Shown here in pieces: positions 37,176 through 51,469 of a stretch of DNA of 64,000 bases. The stretch is from Felis catus (lineage: Eukaryota): NCBI RefSeq assembly GCF_018350175.1, contig NC_058368.1, positions 103,108,001 to 103,172,000 of the forward strand, read 5' to 3'. The notes beneath the pieces were generated by a model. That model ran no database searches and was not told the DNA's origin. It saw nothing but the letters and a program-made list of their open reading frames with translations. Position numbers and translations under genes: made by a program. The number at the start of each line of letters is the position of its first letter. Within the stretch, counting starts at the first letter, position 1.

Positions 37176-38759
37176 TAATGAAAACACCCCAGTTGCAAAG
37201 TCGTTGAAAAGACAAAATGGGAAGTGATATTCAACGTAAGTAGGGGCCTTGGCTATTAAAAGAAACAGGGATATGTCTATCTTTTTAACAGGAGAAAAGA
37301 TAAAGCATATGGGTACAGATATGCAATGAATTTGTAGAAAGGTTTGGTAGACCACTAGGCAATTTTAATTTATTGGTCTTCTTTTCTCAAGTATTAGGCA
37401 AGACTAAATTTTAGGTAATGCAAAGGGAACATGGAAGGGATTAGAGGCTTACAAACTACTGAAAAGATTATGAAATAGTCACCTTGGTCAGTAAGAAAGA
37501 AAACTTAATAGCAAAATGAGACAGAATCAGGGTTAGTGTTGAATTCTTTTTGAGGTTCGCGTGTTGTATTTAAAATGACTTCATTCAAATTGTGTAGTTT
37601 TTCCTCAGCAATATTTAGTTGCTGGGGTTCAGCCATAGAGAGAACAGATGTCTGGGTTAACCAGAGTCAGTATCTGCTGAGTGAGTGAGATGGAGAGAGA
37701 GAGGCCAGGGATTTGAGGGTATTTGCAAAGGAAGTCTTTCAGTGAAGGCATCTGGAATCCTATCCAGGGAAGATGAGGGAAAACAAGAGGTTATCAGCAG
37801 TGAAAGACTGATGATGTAGTTAATAAATTAGAGCTCTTGCCTAAGAATGGTTGCAAAAGATAGTACCTGAGTAAAAGAGGTACATGAGGTAAGCTAATAA
37901 AGAGACAGTTCATGTGAAGACGACATTGAGAATGTGTGTACCTAAGGTGAGACAGGTGGGGAAATGTATTGAGGTTGGCTTGGAAAGGTTGACTAGGGGA
38001 GTCAAATAAATAAGTACAAGAAAAGAAATATGTGCAAATTCTGGAACCGAGAATACTTGAAGAACATGTGGGATGATGGACATTATTCAACCCCACGAAT
38101 GAGGGAGCCAAGGCTATTTTAGTATTTCTGGGGAAGTAGACCTCAAGGTCTCAGTGGAGGCCAAATCATGTACAAGATGATTCTTGGTATCTTGGCAATG
38201 GAAACCAAACCTTATTTTAATGACCTTTTACTGAAGAGACCCATAAGCAAATTAAGCAGGGAGTCACTTGAGGCTGGGCCACCCACGGCTTTGCTAGCTT
38301 CCCCTTCAGGGGCAGTGAAGAATGATGTCAGGAAGGGACAGACTCTGAACGACATATTCAAGGGTTATCTCAAGCCTGTGTACTTGAGAGTTCCAGGGAC
38401 TGCAGTCCAAAGCTTTTTCTTTGATTTGGAGTAAGTCAGTGTTGTTCCTTGTCAGCAGCAGCCCTGAGCCCAGGCTAAATTTGGGGGTGGACCAATCCAG
38501 CCAGTTACACTGCTCTGCTGGCTTCCATGATTTCCCAGAAAGTTCGGGCTCCCCTAAAGTTCAGGGGGAAGGGACATGGTGGTCAAGTCCATAAAATGGT
38601 GCTTGGTTAAGCTCCTAGTTGGCACTTAAAATTATGCTGGACGTTTTAACACTGCCAGAGCAATGATTCTCATTCTCACGGGGGACATATCAGTGCCTGG
38701 GGAGAAAAATGTGTGTAATTTGAAACAACATACTAAATTTCATGCTATTATTTTATTTT

Positions 38760-39010
38760 GTCTTTTTTTCCGCAAACTTCTATTTTAATTCTAGTTAGCT
38801 AGCATATAGTGTTAATACTGGGCTCAGGAGTAGAATTTAGCAATTCATCACTTACTTATAACACCCAGTACTCAACACAGGTGTCCTCCTTAATACCCAT
38901 CACCCATCAAGTTCAGCCCCCAACTACCTGCCCTCCAGCAACCCTCAGTTTGTTCTCTACAGTCAAGAGTCTCCTATGGTTTGCTTTCCTCTCTCCCCCA
39001 CTACACTTCC
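38760..39010 (-). mobile_element. Carnivore L1 3'UTR fragment
   Basis: caggagtagaatttagcaattcatcacttacttataacacccagt...cctccagcaaccctcagtttgttctcta...aagagtctcctatggtttg, a typical antisense carnivore L1 3' end. Confidence 0.8.
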
Positions 39011-39019
39011 TTATTTAGA

Positions 39020-39670
39020 AAATAAAATATATTACTTTATTAAAGATAGTTAAGTCACACAGAAAGTATAAACATAACCTAACAAGTAACCATGTACACA
39101 TTACCCTCTGGAGATCTAGGAGCAACAGACCAAATTGAAACTCTCTGCCGCACAAACTCAACTTGTAAATTTGGAATTCTATATTCATAAATCAAATATT
39201 CTGTTGTTTCACATGTTTTTAAAGCAGTTAAAGGATTCATTATGGTATGGAGCATTCTGCAACTTGTTCTTTTTGCCCTTATGATTATGTTTTTGGCTTT
39301 ATGTTGTTACATGCAGAGCTGGTTCATTCATTTTGATTGATGTGTAATATTCCATTCTTCACCTATGTCACCATTCACCTATCTGCTCTTCTGATGATGA
39401 ACACTTCCGTTATATAGTTTTTCCATATTACTAGTGATGCTACAGTGAACTCTTTTAGAATGTATCTGGCTGCACATATAAGACAACGAAATTGCCAGGT
39501 CTGAGGACATGCATGTCCTACGGTTTCTCATATTTTGATAAATTGCTTTCTCAAGTGGTTGTACAAGCTTACCTTCCCCTCTGCCAAGCAACTCATGATA
39601 GTGTCTGTTGCCTGAAATCCTCTGCGGTACTTTCAAAAATTGTCTGGTGGTTGTGAAATGGAACCTCATT
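39020..39670 (-). mobile_element. Ancient L1ME-like fragment
   Basis: ttctgcaacttg, ggttcattcattttgattgatgtgtaatattccatt, aattgctttctcaagtggttgtacaa, gtgaaatggaacctcatt. Confidence 0.7.
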
Positions 39671-39703
39671 TTTTTTAAATTTGAAAATCCCTGACAATGT
39701 GAT

Positions 39704-39704
<1 letters not shown>

Positions 39705-39753
<49 letters not shown>
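39705..39753. repeat. (CA)n microsatellite
   Basis: Seen directly. Confidence 0.97.
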
Positions 39754-39758
<5 letters not shown>

Positions 39759-40035
39759 CCAAAAAGCGAAGCTCACTCAACAAACTGTTTTGGCTGTAGG
39801 CTAGCTCACTAGGCTATCTCCGTGGTTCTTACAGGATGGGTGGAGACGTTATGCCCCACCCCCCCAACTGCCCCGGGGAGATGCGTCGCATCTCTTGGTG
39901 TGGGATTTGTGCTCATCTAAAAGTGGCTGGGTTTTAAAATGTGATGTGATGAAAAACTGAGTAGCAAAAGAAAACCAAACGGCATTGTATTGTTCTACCA
40001 CTATAAGATGAAAGAAAGGCGAGGTTGGTACATTA

Positions 40036-40038
40036 AAA

Positions 40039-40089
<51 letters not shown>

Positions 40090-40090
40090 A
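40036..40090. repeat. (TAAA)n microsatellite
   Basis: Seen directly. Confidence 0.97.
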
Positions 40091-40504
40091 TTTCAGAATG
40101 AAAAAGAAGAAAATGAGAATTTTAAAAACTGCGTGAAATGAAGGATATTAATACCCTCTGTTACTTTAGAATCTGCATACTTGGGTCACTCTCTTTTGCT
40201 TTAGCCTTTAAGTCACCAGGGTCTCTAAGTACATTCTACTTAGAGCAGATGGCTTGTCGATAGGAATCACAGAAACAGAATTTGAAAGCGGATAGAAATC
40301 TTAGGCACTATTTCATTTTATGCATGGGAAAATGCAAGTTAAAAAAAAGTTAACACACTCGCAAAGGAACAGGTGTTAATGAAATGACTTAAGAAGGAGA
40401 CAGTTGGGGTCCTCTACTTACTTCTCTGTGTTTACTGGAGTATTAACATGATGACCGATAAAGATAAAACCTATCTCTTGTGCGCTCAACTGTAATATGG
40501 TGGC

Positions 40505-40730
40505 TGGGAGTAGAGGCTTGGGATCAGAGGTCTGGGCGTGACCTCAGCTCACCACATGTTGTATGTTGTCATCTTGATCGAGTGATTTGATTTCTCTAAG
40601 CTGTGCTCTTATTTATAAAATAAGGAAAGTTTTAACTCTTTACTTCTTGTTTTTTAAGTGTGCGATGAGATAGTATTTTACTTTCTGGCTCATATCAAGC
40701 AATTCATAAATGGTAGATATTATGTTTCTA
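40505..40730 (+). mobile_element. MIR
   Basis: ggcttgggatcagaggtctggg...cagctcaccac...tctctaagctgtgctcttatttataaaataagg. Confidence 0.65.
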
Positions 40731-41186
40731 TTTTACCACCTCAGTGTTGAAGACACAATTTAGTTGTTCAGAGTTCTGACTTGAACTGCCGATGGAGCAC
40801 TGGAGAAGGCTTTGCTAGAGCCAAATAGATGAGCAACATTTAGGCTAGGTCTCTAGAACAGCACAACATGGGATGCCTCTGACTTTGTTTTTATATAAAG
40901 TTAATATATATTTTTTTAATAATACAATGCTTTAAAAGTTTTTTTGCTCAGTTATGTGTTGTTCTGCCGAGGAATCTACGCAATATTTTGGAGTCTGCAC
41001 ATGGAATGGGAATAGCTTATTTCTCTACTTTTCTAGATTATTTCTTTATGGCTTGATTGAAAACACCTAACTTACCTGTTCTCTTTCTATTCAAACCTTT
41101 CATTTCCAAATTCTAAAATATGTTCACGTCAAATTCTTCTGTTATTTTTGAAGGAAAAACAGTGACATTTAAAACATCCTATCTCA

Positions 41187-41395
41187 GGGCACTTGGGTGG
41201 CTCAGTCGGTTCAGCCTCCAGCTTCGGCTCAGGTCATGATCTCACTGTTTGTGAGTTCGAGCCCTGCGTCGGGCTCTGTGCTGACAGCTCAGAGCCTGGA
41301 GCCTGCTTCGGATTCTGTGTCTCCCTTTCTCTGTCCTTCCCCCAGTCATGTTCTGTCTCTCTCCCTCTCTCTCAAAAATAAATATTAAAAATTTT
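41187..41395 (+). mobile_element. CAN-SINE
   Basis: Canonical body; target-site duplication tcctatctca. Confidence 0.95.
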
Positions 41396-41764
41396 TTTTA
41401 ACTCCTATCTCATTTATGGATCTTTCCCTCATCCACCACATGCCTTAAATTCAAATAATTTATTTTACCATTACTTTTCTCTTATTTTTATGTTTGTCAC
41501 CAGCTCCCACTTCATTTTCTCTCTCCTCAAATCCTACTGAGGGGAAAAAAGAAACTAAGACCCCAAAACAAAAAAGAAGAAGAAATCTACAGCAATATAG
41601 AAAAAAAAAAATTAAGTTCCTTCAGTGATCAATAATATCGGAAAGCTTGTAAAATCCCTAACGTAATAGATGAGATTTTTTAATTTAACCCAACAAAGCC
41701 AAAATGCTCACACAATATAGACATAATATAGACCTGTTGAAACGATAGGTTTTCCTAGAAGGGC

Positions 41765-42135
41765 TAAGTCAGAGACACGACTTGGGTGAGGTAAATGAGG
41801 AGTGAGGCACTTATCTTGAATAGAAAATTTGAAGAGGTGGCAAAAAATGTTGATAATTAAAGCAGATGATGCCTTAAAAATAAAAATGTATGCAAAACTT
41901 CCATGATTTAGAAAATAGCATTATTACTGATTTTGCCTTTTGCCCATGTGGCTCAGCATGGTGCTGTTAGCAATTCTGTCGTTATTTAAAGTTTTGATAT
42001 TTTATCCATTCTAGGTTTTCATATTACTTTTAATTCTTTTTATATTGCACTAAAATACCGTGTATCTTGATCATCGCTTAAATTTTGTGCCTGAGGCAAG
42101 AACCACACTCACCTTGAATGTTTCACCTTAATCTC
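41765..42135. mobile_element. Non-autonomous hAT element (MER96B-like)
   Basis: gggtgaggtaaatgaggagtgaggcac...aaaatttgaagagg at the left end and the inverted cttaaattttgtgcctgaggcaag...cactcacc at the right end. Confidence 0.6.
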
Positions 42136-42959
42136 ATCTGTACCTAGAGTAACCTTCACAACAGGCAGGAGGAGTGGCCTCTGAGACAGTCTTTGGATAT
42201 TATCTAACATGTTGTGACTTGCTCAGCCAGACCCTGTACTTAATAGGCTAGCTCTGGTGTTCATCCTCAGAATGAAGTACAGAGACAAGTTCTTCAAATA
42301 ATATGGCAACTTTTCCATGGGGAACTAGAGTGAACTTTGAGGTTAGAGACAGAAACAGAGCAAGAGTCTAAATGACTTCCACAATATATAAGAATCATCT
42401 GTATGCAGAAGATAAGCTCACAGGTACCTTAAAATAAAACCAATCGAACAAAATGTTTACTGCTCCCACACCTCAGGCCCCTCCTAGTTATTCGACAGTG
42501 ATTATCCATTATAGCCAGATGATCTGCAAACAGAACCCGCATTCCTTGCCTGGAAAACGCTGACATTTACTTGAACTACACACACAAAGCAATCACCAGG
42601 AACCTGAGAAATGCCAACAAGTGATAAAGATACACCTAAACTCTTACTTGAGAAAGTAAAGTTGGCACCAGAAATAGGAGAAAACTTAAAAATAGGTGTT
42701 CCTATCCCCAGGGATTTGACAAGATACCAACTTTATAGAGTAAGACTAAGCTGCTTTGCAAAAGGGGTTGTCAGACTTTGGAAAATTTAGCGCAAATCCC
42801 ATACAATTTTAGTATGAAACCAGAAGAGGAGAAGGGTAGGAAAATCATGACCTGACATAAATTCCATCAAAACAAGGACAGTTTTGTTTCTTACGGTATT
42901 TCTAGCACAGAGATGAGTTGGGTACATTTTGATATTGTCTTAGAGCCACGGGCTAGAGC

Positions 42960-43362
42960 TAGTGTGGTAAACGTCACCCTCCCTTCCAGTTATTCACGAT
43001 CTTTTCTGTTGCTATGTGACTTGTCCCATCATATAGGAAGAGCATACATCTCAGTCCCCTTGATATCAATGACATGTGACATGCTTTGGCCAATGAAAAG
43101 TGAACAGACCCAAAATACACCATATCCAAGCAGAAGTTCTGAGAGTTTTCAGTGTCTCCGTTCTTTTAATTTTTTCTGTTTGCCAAGAGGATGGTATATC
43201 CTAAAAAGGGACAGCTCCTTCGGCCTAGATTCTGGAATGAAGAAGACATATGTCATAGAGCCACGGGGCAACCTACAACTTCCACAGAAGACAAGAAATG
43301 AGCTTTTTGTGGTAAACCACCGAGCTCTGAAAGTTGTTCTCAAAGCAAAACTGACTGAGACA
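42960..43362 (+). mobile_element. MaLR solo LTR (MLT1I/J-like)
   Basis: catgtgacatgctttggccaatgaaa, tggaatgaagaagacatatg, caaagcaaaactgactgagaca. Confidence 0.65.
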
Positions 43363-46077
43363 GTTAAGTAATTGATTTTGATGTTGTCAGGAAAACTTAT
43401 CCAAAATCTTTTTACTACCAATCTATGATGATTACTGGCCAAATATTAATAAAGTTAGAATTTTCTCACTATTTGAAAAAAAAGTAAGGTCAAATAAAAT
43501 ATGATCGACAAAACAATGAACAAGAAAGAAAATAATAAACAAGGTAAATAGTAAGCAACAGAAAACAGAATGGAAGAAAAATGTAATAGAAGATGGTTAT
43601 AAATAAGTACAAATATTTTAGTGATAACAATTATAATATTATACATTAAAATCCCTTATTAAAAAACAAATAATTTCAGGTTGGGGAATTACTATTGAGA
43701 CATTTAAAAAATCTGATAATGTAAGCACTGGATTATTTTGCATGTGATTGCAATTGTCAGTATTCCAAAGTTAATATTAAGAGCATGAAAAGATATTTAT
43801 AGAACACTGGAGTATTTAAGAAAGTACTCAACAGAAACCGGAAAGGTGGCAGAGTAGGAAGACCCCAAGTTCACTTCGTCTCATAGATACAACTATCTAA
43901 CACTTTTAACAGTGTAAATAACCCCAAAACGACCTGAAGACTGGCAGAACAAACTCCACAACTAAAGGTAGAGAAGAGGTCACATCAAAGAGGGTAGGAA
44001 GGGTAGACATGTACTGGGGAGCTAAACCCTGTGAGTCTGGCCACTGGAGGCCAGAGGTCTGGGCTTGGAGAGGAGAGAGAAATGGGACTATCACCTCTGG
44101 GAGTCTGCACAGGGAAGATGAAAGCCTATACAATTTACCTTTGAAAAACAGAAGGGCCAAATTTCATGAGTTCTTACAACCAGCAGGACATAAAACTCGG
44201 AATGTTAAAAATCAGCAGGCTCTGTTCTGCGAAAGCCTGGAGAGCAATAAGAAACTGAGTCCCTGCCCTTAGAGAGACAGCAGGACAAACAGCCCGTGCA
44301 GATACAGCATAGAAGCAGCAGAAAAATACCTGGAGCATACAGGAGGGAGAGTTGTTTGCTAATCTCAGAGCAGGTACTGCAGGGATAGAGATCCCTGGGG
44401 GATTCTGTCTGGAACAAAGGAGCTGGCAGGCACCATTTCCCTCCCCCACCACCTAGCATGAACACCAAGCGACCTGTGGGAAACAGTGCACGTTGCCAAC
44501 ACTCACTACCCAACTGGCACCCAGCCCCACCCACCCCGCTATTTGGCAGATCTGCCCTTTCCAGTCAGCTTGCCTCAGTCTGGAGCCCCCTCCTCTAGAG
44601 GACGAGCACAGACCTTGCCAACATTGGGACTCACACACTTTGAGGGGCCTCAGTTCCAGCAGCAGCAGTGGTGGTGAGGGCGGGCCCCCTCCCCCAAAGG
44701 ACCGGTGCATACCTTGTTAAAAATGTGTACCCCACCCCTGAGAACCTGGTCTCAGCAGCAGCAAGTCCTCTCTTGCCAGCGTGAAAATTTTGAAAGCACT
44801 GCCTGTCCTGCCCCCTTCAATATGCTCTTGGCTGGACCCCATTCAAACCACAGCCACAAGCCCAGTAGTGTGCAAACAGTCAGAATGGGGGCCAGCAGCA
44901 CTCTCCAGTAAATCCTGCCATGGGGAAGGAGGAAGACAGCTACACAACGCAGTGAGACTGCAGCCCCAGCAGTGGGGTGGGGGCAGACAACTGGTCTGAC
45001 TGCAGGCCCCACCAACCAATGAAAGCTCAGGGCACAACAGAGGGAAAGTGCACTGTGGTTTGGTGCTATCTCATTTCTTGCAAATACCTACTCTGACTAA
45101 ACTTAAGCCTAAGGCAGCCCCAGATTGGTCCACTAACACCACAGGGATAAAACACTGTCCACCATGGATCAGAACGCCACTGCCGATGATTGGACTGAAG
45201 GAAAAAGCGGCCCGTACATCACAGCAGGGTGCATGCAACACACATAGGAGACATCCCCGAAGCACAGGTGAACAGGGGACACTATACTGCAGGGCACTAC
45301 AGGACCTCTTCCTCATAAGGCTGTTACTATCAAGAGCAGGAGACGTAGCTGACTTTCCTAATACATAGAAACAGACACAGAGAGTTAGACAAATGAAGAG
45401 ACAGAGGAATAGGTTCCAAATGAAAGAAAAGCAGAAAACCACAGGAAGAGACCTAAGTGAAATAGGGGTTAGTAATATGTCTGATGGAGCATTTAAAGTA
45501 ATAGTCATAAAGATACTCACCGGACTTGAGAAAAGAGTGGAAAACGTCATGAGACCCTTAGCAAAGAGATAGAAAAGAACCAATCAGAGATGAAGAACAC
45601 AATAAATGAAATTAAAAATACATTCAAGAGAATAAATAGTAGACTAGAGGAAGCAGAGAAACTAAGTGGCAACCTGAGTAAGTAGCAAACAGAGTAATGG
45701 AAAATAATCAAACTGAGCCAGGGAGACAAAAAAAAAAAATTGCTAAATGAGAATAGACTTAGGGAACTCAGCAACTCGATGAAGCATAATAACATTCACA
45801 TTATAGGGATCCTAGAAGCAGAAGAGAGAGAAAAGGGGACAGAAAATTTATTTGAAGAAATAACATCCGAAACGTTCCCTAATCTGAGGAAGAGAAAGGA
45901 TATTCAGATTCAGGAGACACAGAGTGTCCCCAACAAAATCAACCCAAGCAGGTCCACAACAAGACATATTATAATTACAACTGCAAAAAGTAGAGATAAA
46001 GAGATAACTTTAAAAGCAGGAAGAGAAAAAGAATACAGTTACATAAAAGGAAAACCCCATAAGGCTATCAGTGGATT

Positions 46078-46292
46078 TTTCTTAAGTTTATTTATTTATT
46101 TTGAGAGAGAGAGACTGTGTGTGAGCAGGGGCGGGGAAGAGAGAGAGAGAGGGAAAGAGAGAAAATCCCAAGGGGGCTCTGCAATGTCAACACAGAGCCC
46201 GATTCGGAGCTTGAACTCACAAACTGTGAGATCATAACCTGAGACAAAATCAAGAGTCAGATACTTAACCAACTGAGCCACCCAACTGCCCC
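46078..46292 (-). mobile_element. CAN-SINE nested in L1 ORF1
   Basis: Target-site duplication ctat(c/t)agtggattttt. Confidence 0.94.
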
Positions 46293-46764
46293 TATTAGTG
46301 GATTTTTCAGGAGAAAATCTGCAGGCCAGCAGGGAGTGGCATGATACACTGAGAGTGTTGAAAGGAAAAAAATCTCCAGCTAAGAATATTCTATCCAGCA
46401 AGGCTATCATTCAGAATAGAAGGAGAGATTAAGATTTTCCCAAACAAAATCTAAAGGTGTTCATGACCACTATACGCCAGCCCTATAAGAAATGTTAAAG
46501 GGAATTCTTTGAGTTGAAAGGAAAGACCATAACTAATAGTAAGAAAAGTAGGAAGCACAAAAGCCATAAAAATAATTACGTCTATAAAAATCAGTCAGAG
46601 GACTCACAAAATAAAATGATGTAAAGTATGACATCATATATGTAAACGGAGGGTGGGAGGGGAGTAAAGAATGGGTTCAAACTTAAGGGACCATCAACTG
46701 AATATAGACTTCCAATTAAAAGATATAGGGTATTGGACTGTATTAGAAAACAAGACTAAGGTAA

Positions 46765-46886
46765 GGGTCTCAGGGTGGCTCAGTCAGTTGAGCGTCAGAC
46801 TCTTGATTTTGGCTCAGGTTATTATCCCAGGGTTGTGCAATGAAGCCTCATGTTGAGGTCTATGCTAAGCACAGAGCCTGCTTGAG

Positions 46887-46940
<54 letters not shown>

Positions 46941-47030
46941 TTCTCTCTCTCTCTCTCTCTCCCTCTGCCCCCTTCCCTACTTGTGCCTTGTGACCTCTCT
47001 CTCTCACTCTCTCTAAAACAACAACAATAA
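46765..47030 (+). mobile_element. CAN-SINE nested at the L1 ORF2 start
   Basis: gggtggctcagtcagttgagcg head, long (CT)n, aa(c/t)aagact on both flanks. Confidence 0.92.
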
Positions 47031-50000
47031 AATAAGACTCATCTCTATACTGCGCACAAGAGACTTATTTCAGACAGAAAGACACATGCAGATTGAAAGT
47101 GAAGGGATGGAGAAGTGCTTAGCATGCAGATGGATGTAAAAAGAAAGCTGGCTTAGCAACACTTACATCAGATAAAATAGACTGTAAACAAAGACTGTAA
47201 CAAGAGACAAAGAAGGACAGTATATAATAATAAAAAGGGCAAGTCAACAAGAATATATAACAATTGTAAATATTTATGCACTCGAGATGGGAGCACCTAA
47301 TACATAAAAAAGTTACTAACAGACATAAAGGAACTAATCACGACTTATACAATAATAATAGGAGACTTTAATACCAACTTACATCGATGGATAGATTATC
47401 CAAACAAAAAAATCAACACAGAAACAGTGGTTTTGAATGATACACTGTGGTTTTAAATGACCAGATGGATTTAACAGATATATGGTAACATTCCATCCTA
47501 ATACAGCAGCATACACATTCTTTTCAAATGTACATGGAACATTCTCCAGAACAGATTACATATTAAGCCATAAAAAGAATCTCAACAAATTCAAAAAGAT
47601 CGAAGTCATATTCTGCATCTTTTATGACCACAATGCTATGAAGCCAGAAGTCAATCACAAGAAAAAGTATGGTACAAAACCTTTGGGGTGCAGCAGAAGC
47701 TACTGGAAGAGGCAAGTTTATAGCAATACAGGTCTACTTTATGAAGCAAGAAAAATAGCAAAAAACCTAAGGTAACACTGAAAGGCATTAGCGAAAGAAG
47801 AACAAAAAGCCAAAAACGGTAGAAGGAAGAAAAATAAAGATTAGAGCAGACATAAATGATATAGAAACAAAACAAAAGAAACAAAAAAAAATGAAAAAAA
47901 CCAAAGCATCAACAACACCAAAAACAATAGAACAGATCAAGGAAACCAGGAGCTGGGTCTTTGAAAAGATCAACAAATTGATAAACCTCTAACCAGATTT
48001 ATCAAAACAAACAAACAAACAAACAAACAAACAAAAAACAAAAGAGAGGACTCAAAAAAAAAATCACAAATGAAAGAGAAGAAATAACAGTGGACACCAC
48101 AGAAATACATTAAGACAATATTATTAAAAACTATGTGGCAATGAATTGGATAACCTGGAAGAAATAGATAAATTCCTAGAAACATACACCCTCCCAAAAC
48201 TGAAGCAGTAAGAAGTAGAAAATTTTAACAAACAGTTTACCAGCAATAAAATTGAATCAGTAATAAAAACACTCCCAACAAACAAAAGTCCAGGACCAGA
48301 GTTTTACAGTCAAATTCTACCAAACATTTAAAGAAGAGTTCATAACTATTCCTCCCGAACTATTCCAAAAAATGGAACAGAAAGGAAAACTTCCAAATTG
48401 ATTCTACAAGGCCAACATTAACCTAACACCAAAACCAGATAAAAACAGTACAAAAACGGAGAACTACAGGTCTAGGTAGCTGCAAAAATCCTCAACAAAA
48501 TATTAGCAAACTGAATCCAGCAATGCATCAAAAAAATCATTCACCAACATCAAGTAGGGTTTATTTCTGGGATGCAAGGGTAGTTCAATACTTGCAAATC
48601 AATCAACATGACATACCACATTAACAAGAGAAAAGATAACACTCATCTGATCATTTCAATAGACACAGAAAAAGCATTTGACAAACTACAAAATCCATTC
48701 GTGATAAAAATCCTCAACAATCTAGACTTAGAGGGAACATACCTCAACATAATTAAAGCCTTAGATGAAAACCCACAACTAACATCATACACGATGGTGA
48801 AAAGCTGAGAGCTTTCACCCTGAGGTCAAATGTTATTAAAATGCCTACACTACCGAAAGCCATCTATCCATTTAATGCAATCCTTATCAAAACACCAACA
48901 GCATCTTTAACAGAACTACAGCAAAGAATCCTAAAATTTATATGGAACCACAAAAGACCCAGAATAGCAAAAGCAATCTGGAAAAAGAAAAACAAAACTG
49001 GAGGTATCATAATCCCTGACTTCAGGTTATATTACAAAGCTGTAGTGATCAAAACAGTGTAATTTTGGCACAAAAAAACATACACACAGATCAATGAAAC
49101 AGGATAGAAAATTTAGAAATACCCCCCAGTTATAAGGTTAATTAGTGTTCAACAAAGGAGGCAAGATGCAATGGGAAAAAGAGTCTTTTCAACAAATGTT
49201 GTGGGGAAAATTAGATAGCTACATGCAAAAGAGTGAAACTGGACCACTTTCTTACACCGTGCACAAAAATAAACTCAAAATGGATTAAGGACCTAAATGT
49301 GAGACGTGAAACCATAAAAATCTAGAAGACAGCACAGGCAGTAATTTCTCTGACATTAGCCTTAATAACATCTTTCTAGATATACCTCCCGAGGCAATTT
49401 AAGGGAAACAAAAGCAAAAATGAACTATTGGGACTACATCAAAATAAAGAGCTTCGCAGCAAGGAAGAAATCACCTAAACTAAAAGACAACCTACTGAAT
49501 CGGAGAAGATATTTGTAAACGACATATCCGATAAGGGTACAGTATCCAAAATATATAAACAATTTATACCACTCAACAACCCCCCAAAACAAATAATCCA
49601 ATTTAAAAATGGGCAGAAGATATGAACAGACATTTCTTCAAAGAATAACTACAGAGGGCCAACATGAGAAGATGCTCAACATCAGTTACTATGAGGGAAA
49701 TGCAAACCAAAACCACAGTGAGATATCACATCACACCTGTCAGAATGGCTAAAATAAAAAAAATAAATAGCAAGTGTTGGTGAGGATGTGGAGAAAAAGG
49801 AACCTTTGTGCTCGCTTGCAGGGAATGCAAATTGGTACAGCCACTGTGGGAGACAGTATGAGGTTCTTCAAATTAAAAACAGAACTACCCTACTATCCAG
49901 CAATAGCACTGCTGGGTATTTACTCAAAGAATAGAAAAACACTACTTCAAAGGGATATATGCACCCCTATGTTTATTGAAACATTATTTATAAAAGCTAA

Positions 50001-50824
50001 ATTATGGAAGCAGCCCAAATGTCCACCAATAGATGAATGCATAAAGAAGTGCTAAATATATATACAATGGACTATTATTTAGCCATTAAAATGAATGAAA
50101 TCTTGCCATTTGCAACAACATGAATGGATTTGGAGAGTATCATGGTAAGCAAATTAAGCCAGTCAGAGAAAAGGCAAATACCATATGATTTCACTCGCAC
50201 GTGGGATTTAAGAAACAAAACAAATGAACAAAGGGGAAAAAAAGAGAGAGAGAGAGAGAGACAAAGTGAAACATGGACTCTTAACTGTAGAGAACAAACC
50301 TATGGTTGCCAGAGGGAAGTGGGCAGGAGAATGGGGGAAATAGGTGAAAGGGATTAAGAGTACACTTAACTTGACGAGCACGGAATAATGTAAAGAATTG
50401 TTTAATCATTATATTGAACACCTGAAACTAAAATAACAGTGTATGTCAGCTACATTGGAGATAAAACTTACAAAATTAAAAATCACAAATTAAAAAAATG
50501 TACTATTCAACATCAGTCGTTTCCATTATTTCCACCTATCTCCTCAAGACAAGAAAAAATGTATGTGCAAATACATACATATACACACACATGCATGCAC
50601 CCATCTTCTGGAAAACCTCTGAAGATAAAAAATTTTCCTTATACTTATTATGTTGTGTCACTGGCCTAAATATGTCTGACTAACCTGCATAATATCCTCA
50701 GAGATGGTAAGAAGTAAAGAGGGAAAAAATGTCCCATCTGGGTTACGGGGAGAATTACTCTCCTCAACTATCTCTTACGCTAGCAAAAACAAACACACAC
50801 AAAAAAAACCAAAAAACCAAAAAC

Positions 50825-50825
<1 letters not shown>

Positions 50826-50866
<41 letters not shown>
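50826..50866. repeat. (CA)n microsatellite
   Basis: Seen directly. Confidence 0.97.
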
Positions 50867-50868
<2 letters not shown>

Positions 50869-51469
50869 GAAAGCAAGGAAACAAAACCACTCATAAGAAA
50901 AGGATTCACACGCTGCGGCCAAACAAAATATATAAAACTGAAAAAAGATATATATATCTATCTACATACAAATACTTTCTTGGTCAATAGTTTTCCATTC
51001 TATACAGAAGGTCCCAGCATAATTAGTAGTACCATCCCCTCTCATTCCCAAAATCGCCTTGATTTGGCTGATAGAAATTTACACTACTCATGTCCCAGCC
51101 TCACTATGATGGACTACTGGATATAAAGTAAACGGAAATATAACTACAAAGATTGCAGCCAGAGAACTGACTCTTCTTCATAATAGCGTGCAAAGGAATC
51201 CTGAGGGATTCAGAAAGGAAATAGTAGGTACACAAGATGAGTCATTAACTACCTTGTAATCTAGATTCATTACCATCATTAAGTGTCTATTTTACTTCAG
51301 TCACCTGTAAAGTAGAGATAACACATAATTTTAATAACTTCATAATATTCCTCTAAGACTTCGACAACACAGCATGGAACCATTCTGAATATTATATAGT
51401 GCTTTCAGCATTTTAAGTACTTTCTTATTGATAATCTAAACATTATCCATTTTGAGTATTTAAGATTGT

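Larger units (their letters stand above)
43830..50500 (+). mobile_element. Near full-length but dead carnivore LINE-1 (L1_Carn-type): 5'UTR, ORF1 ~45390-46520, ORF2 ~47030-50200, 3'UTR
   Basis: ORF1-like peptide (ENRLRELSNSMKHNNIHIIGILEAEEREKGTENLFEEI); ORF2 endonuclease (YTFFSNVHGTFSRTDYILSHK), RT N-terminal part (HLIISIDTEKAFDKLQNPF) and C-terminal part (ELPYYPAIALLGIY, WKQPKCP). GC-rich 5'UTR, A-rich 3' end, many stops and frameshifts, two nested SINEs. Confidence 0.95.

Noticed and set aside
45071..45583. Longest ORF in the track (170 aa, minus strand)
   Set aside because: Antisense to the L1 5'UTR and ORF1; no independent evidence of coding.
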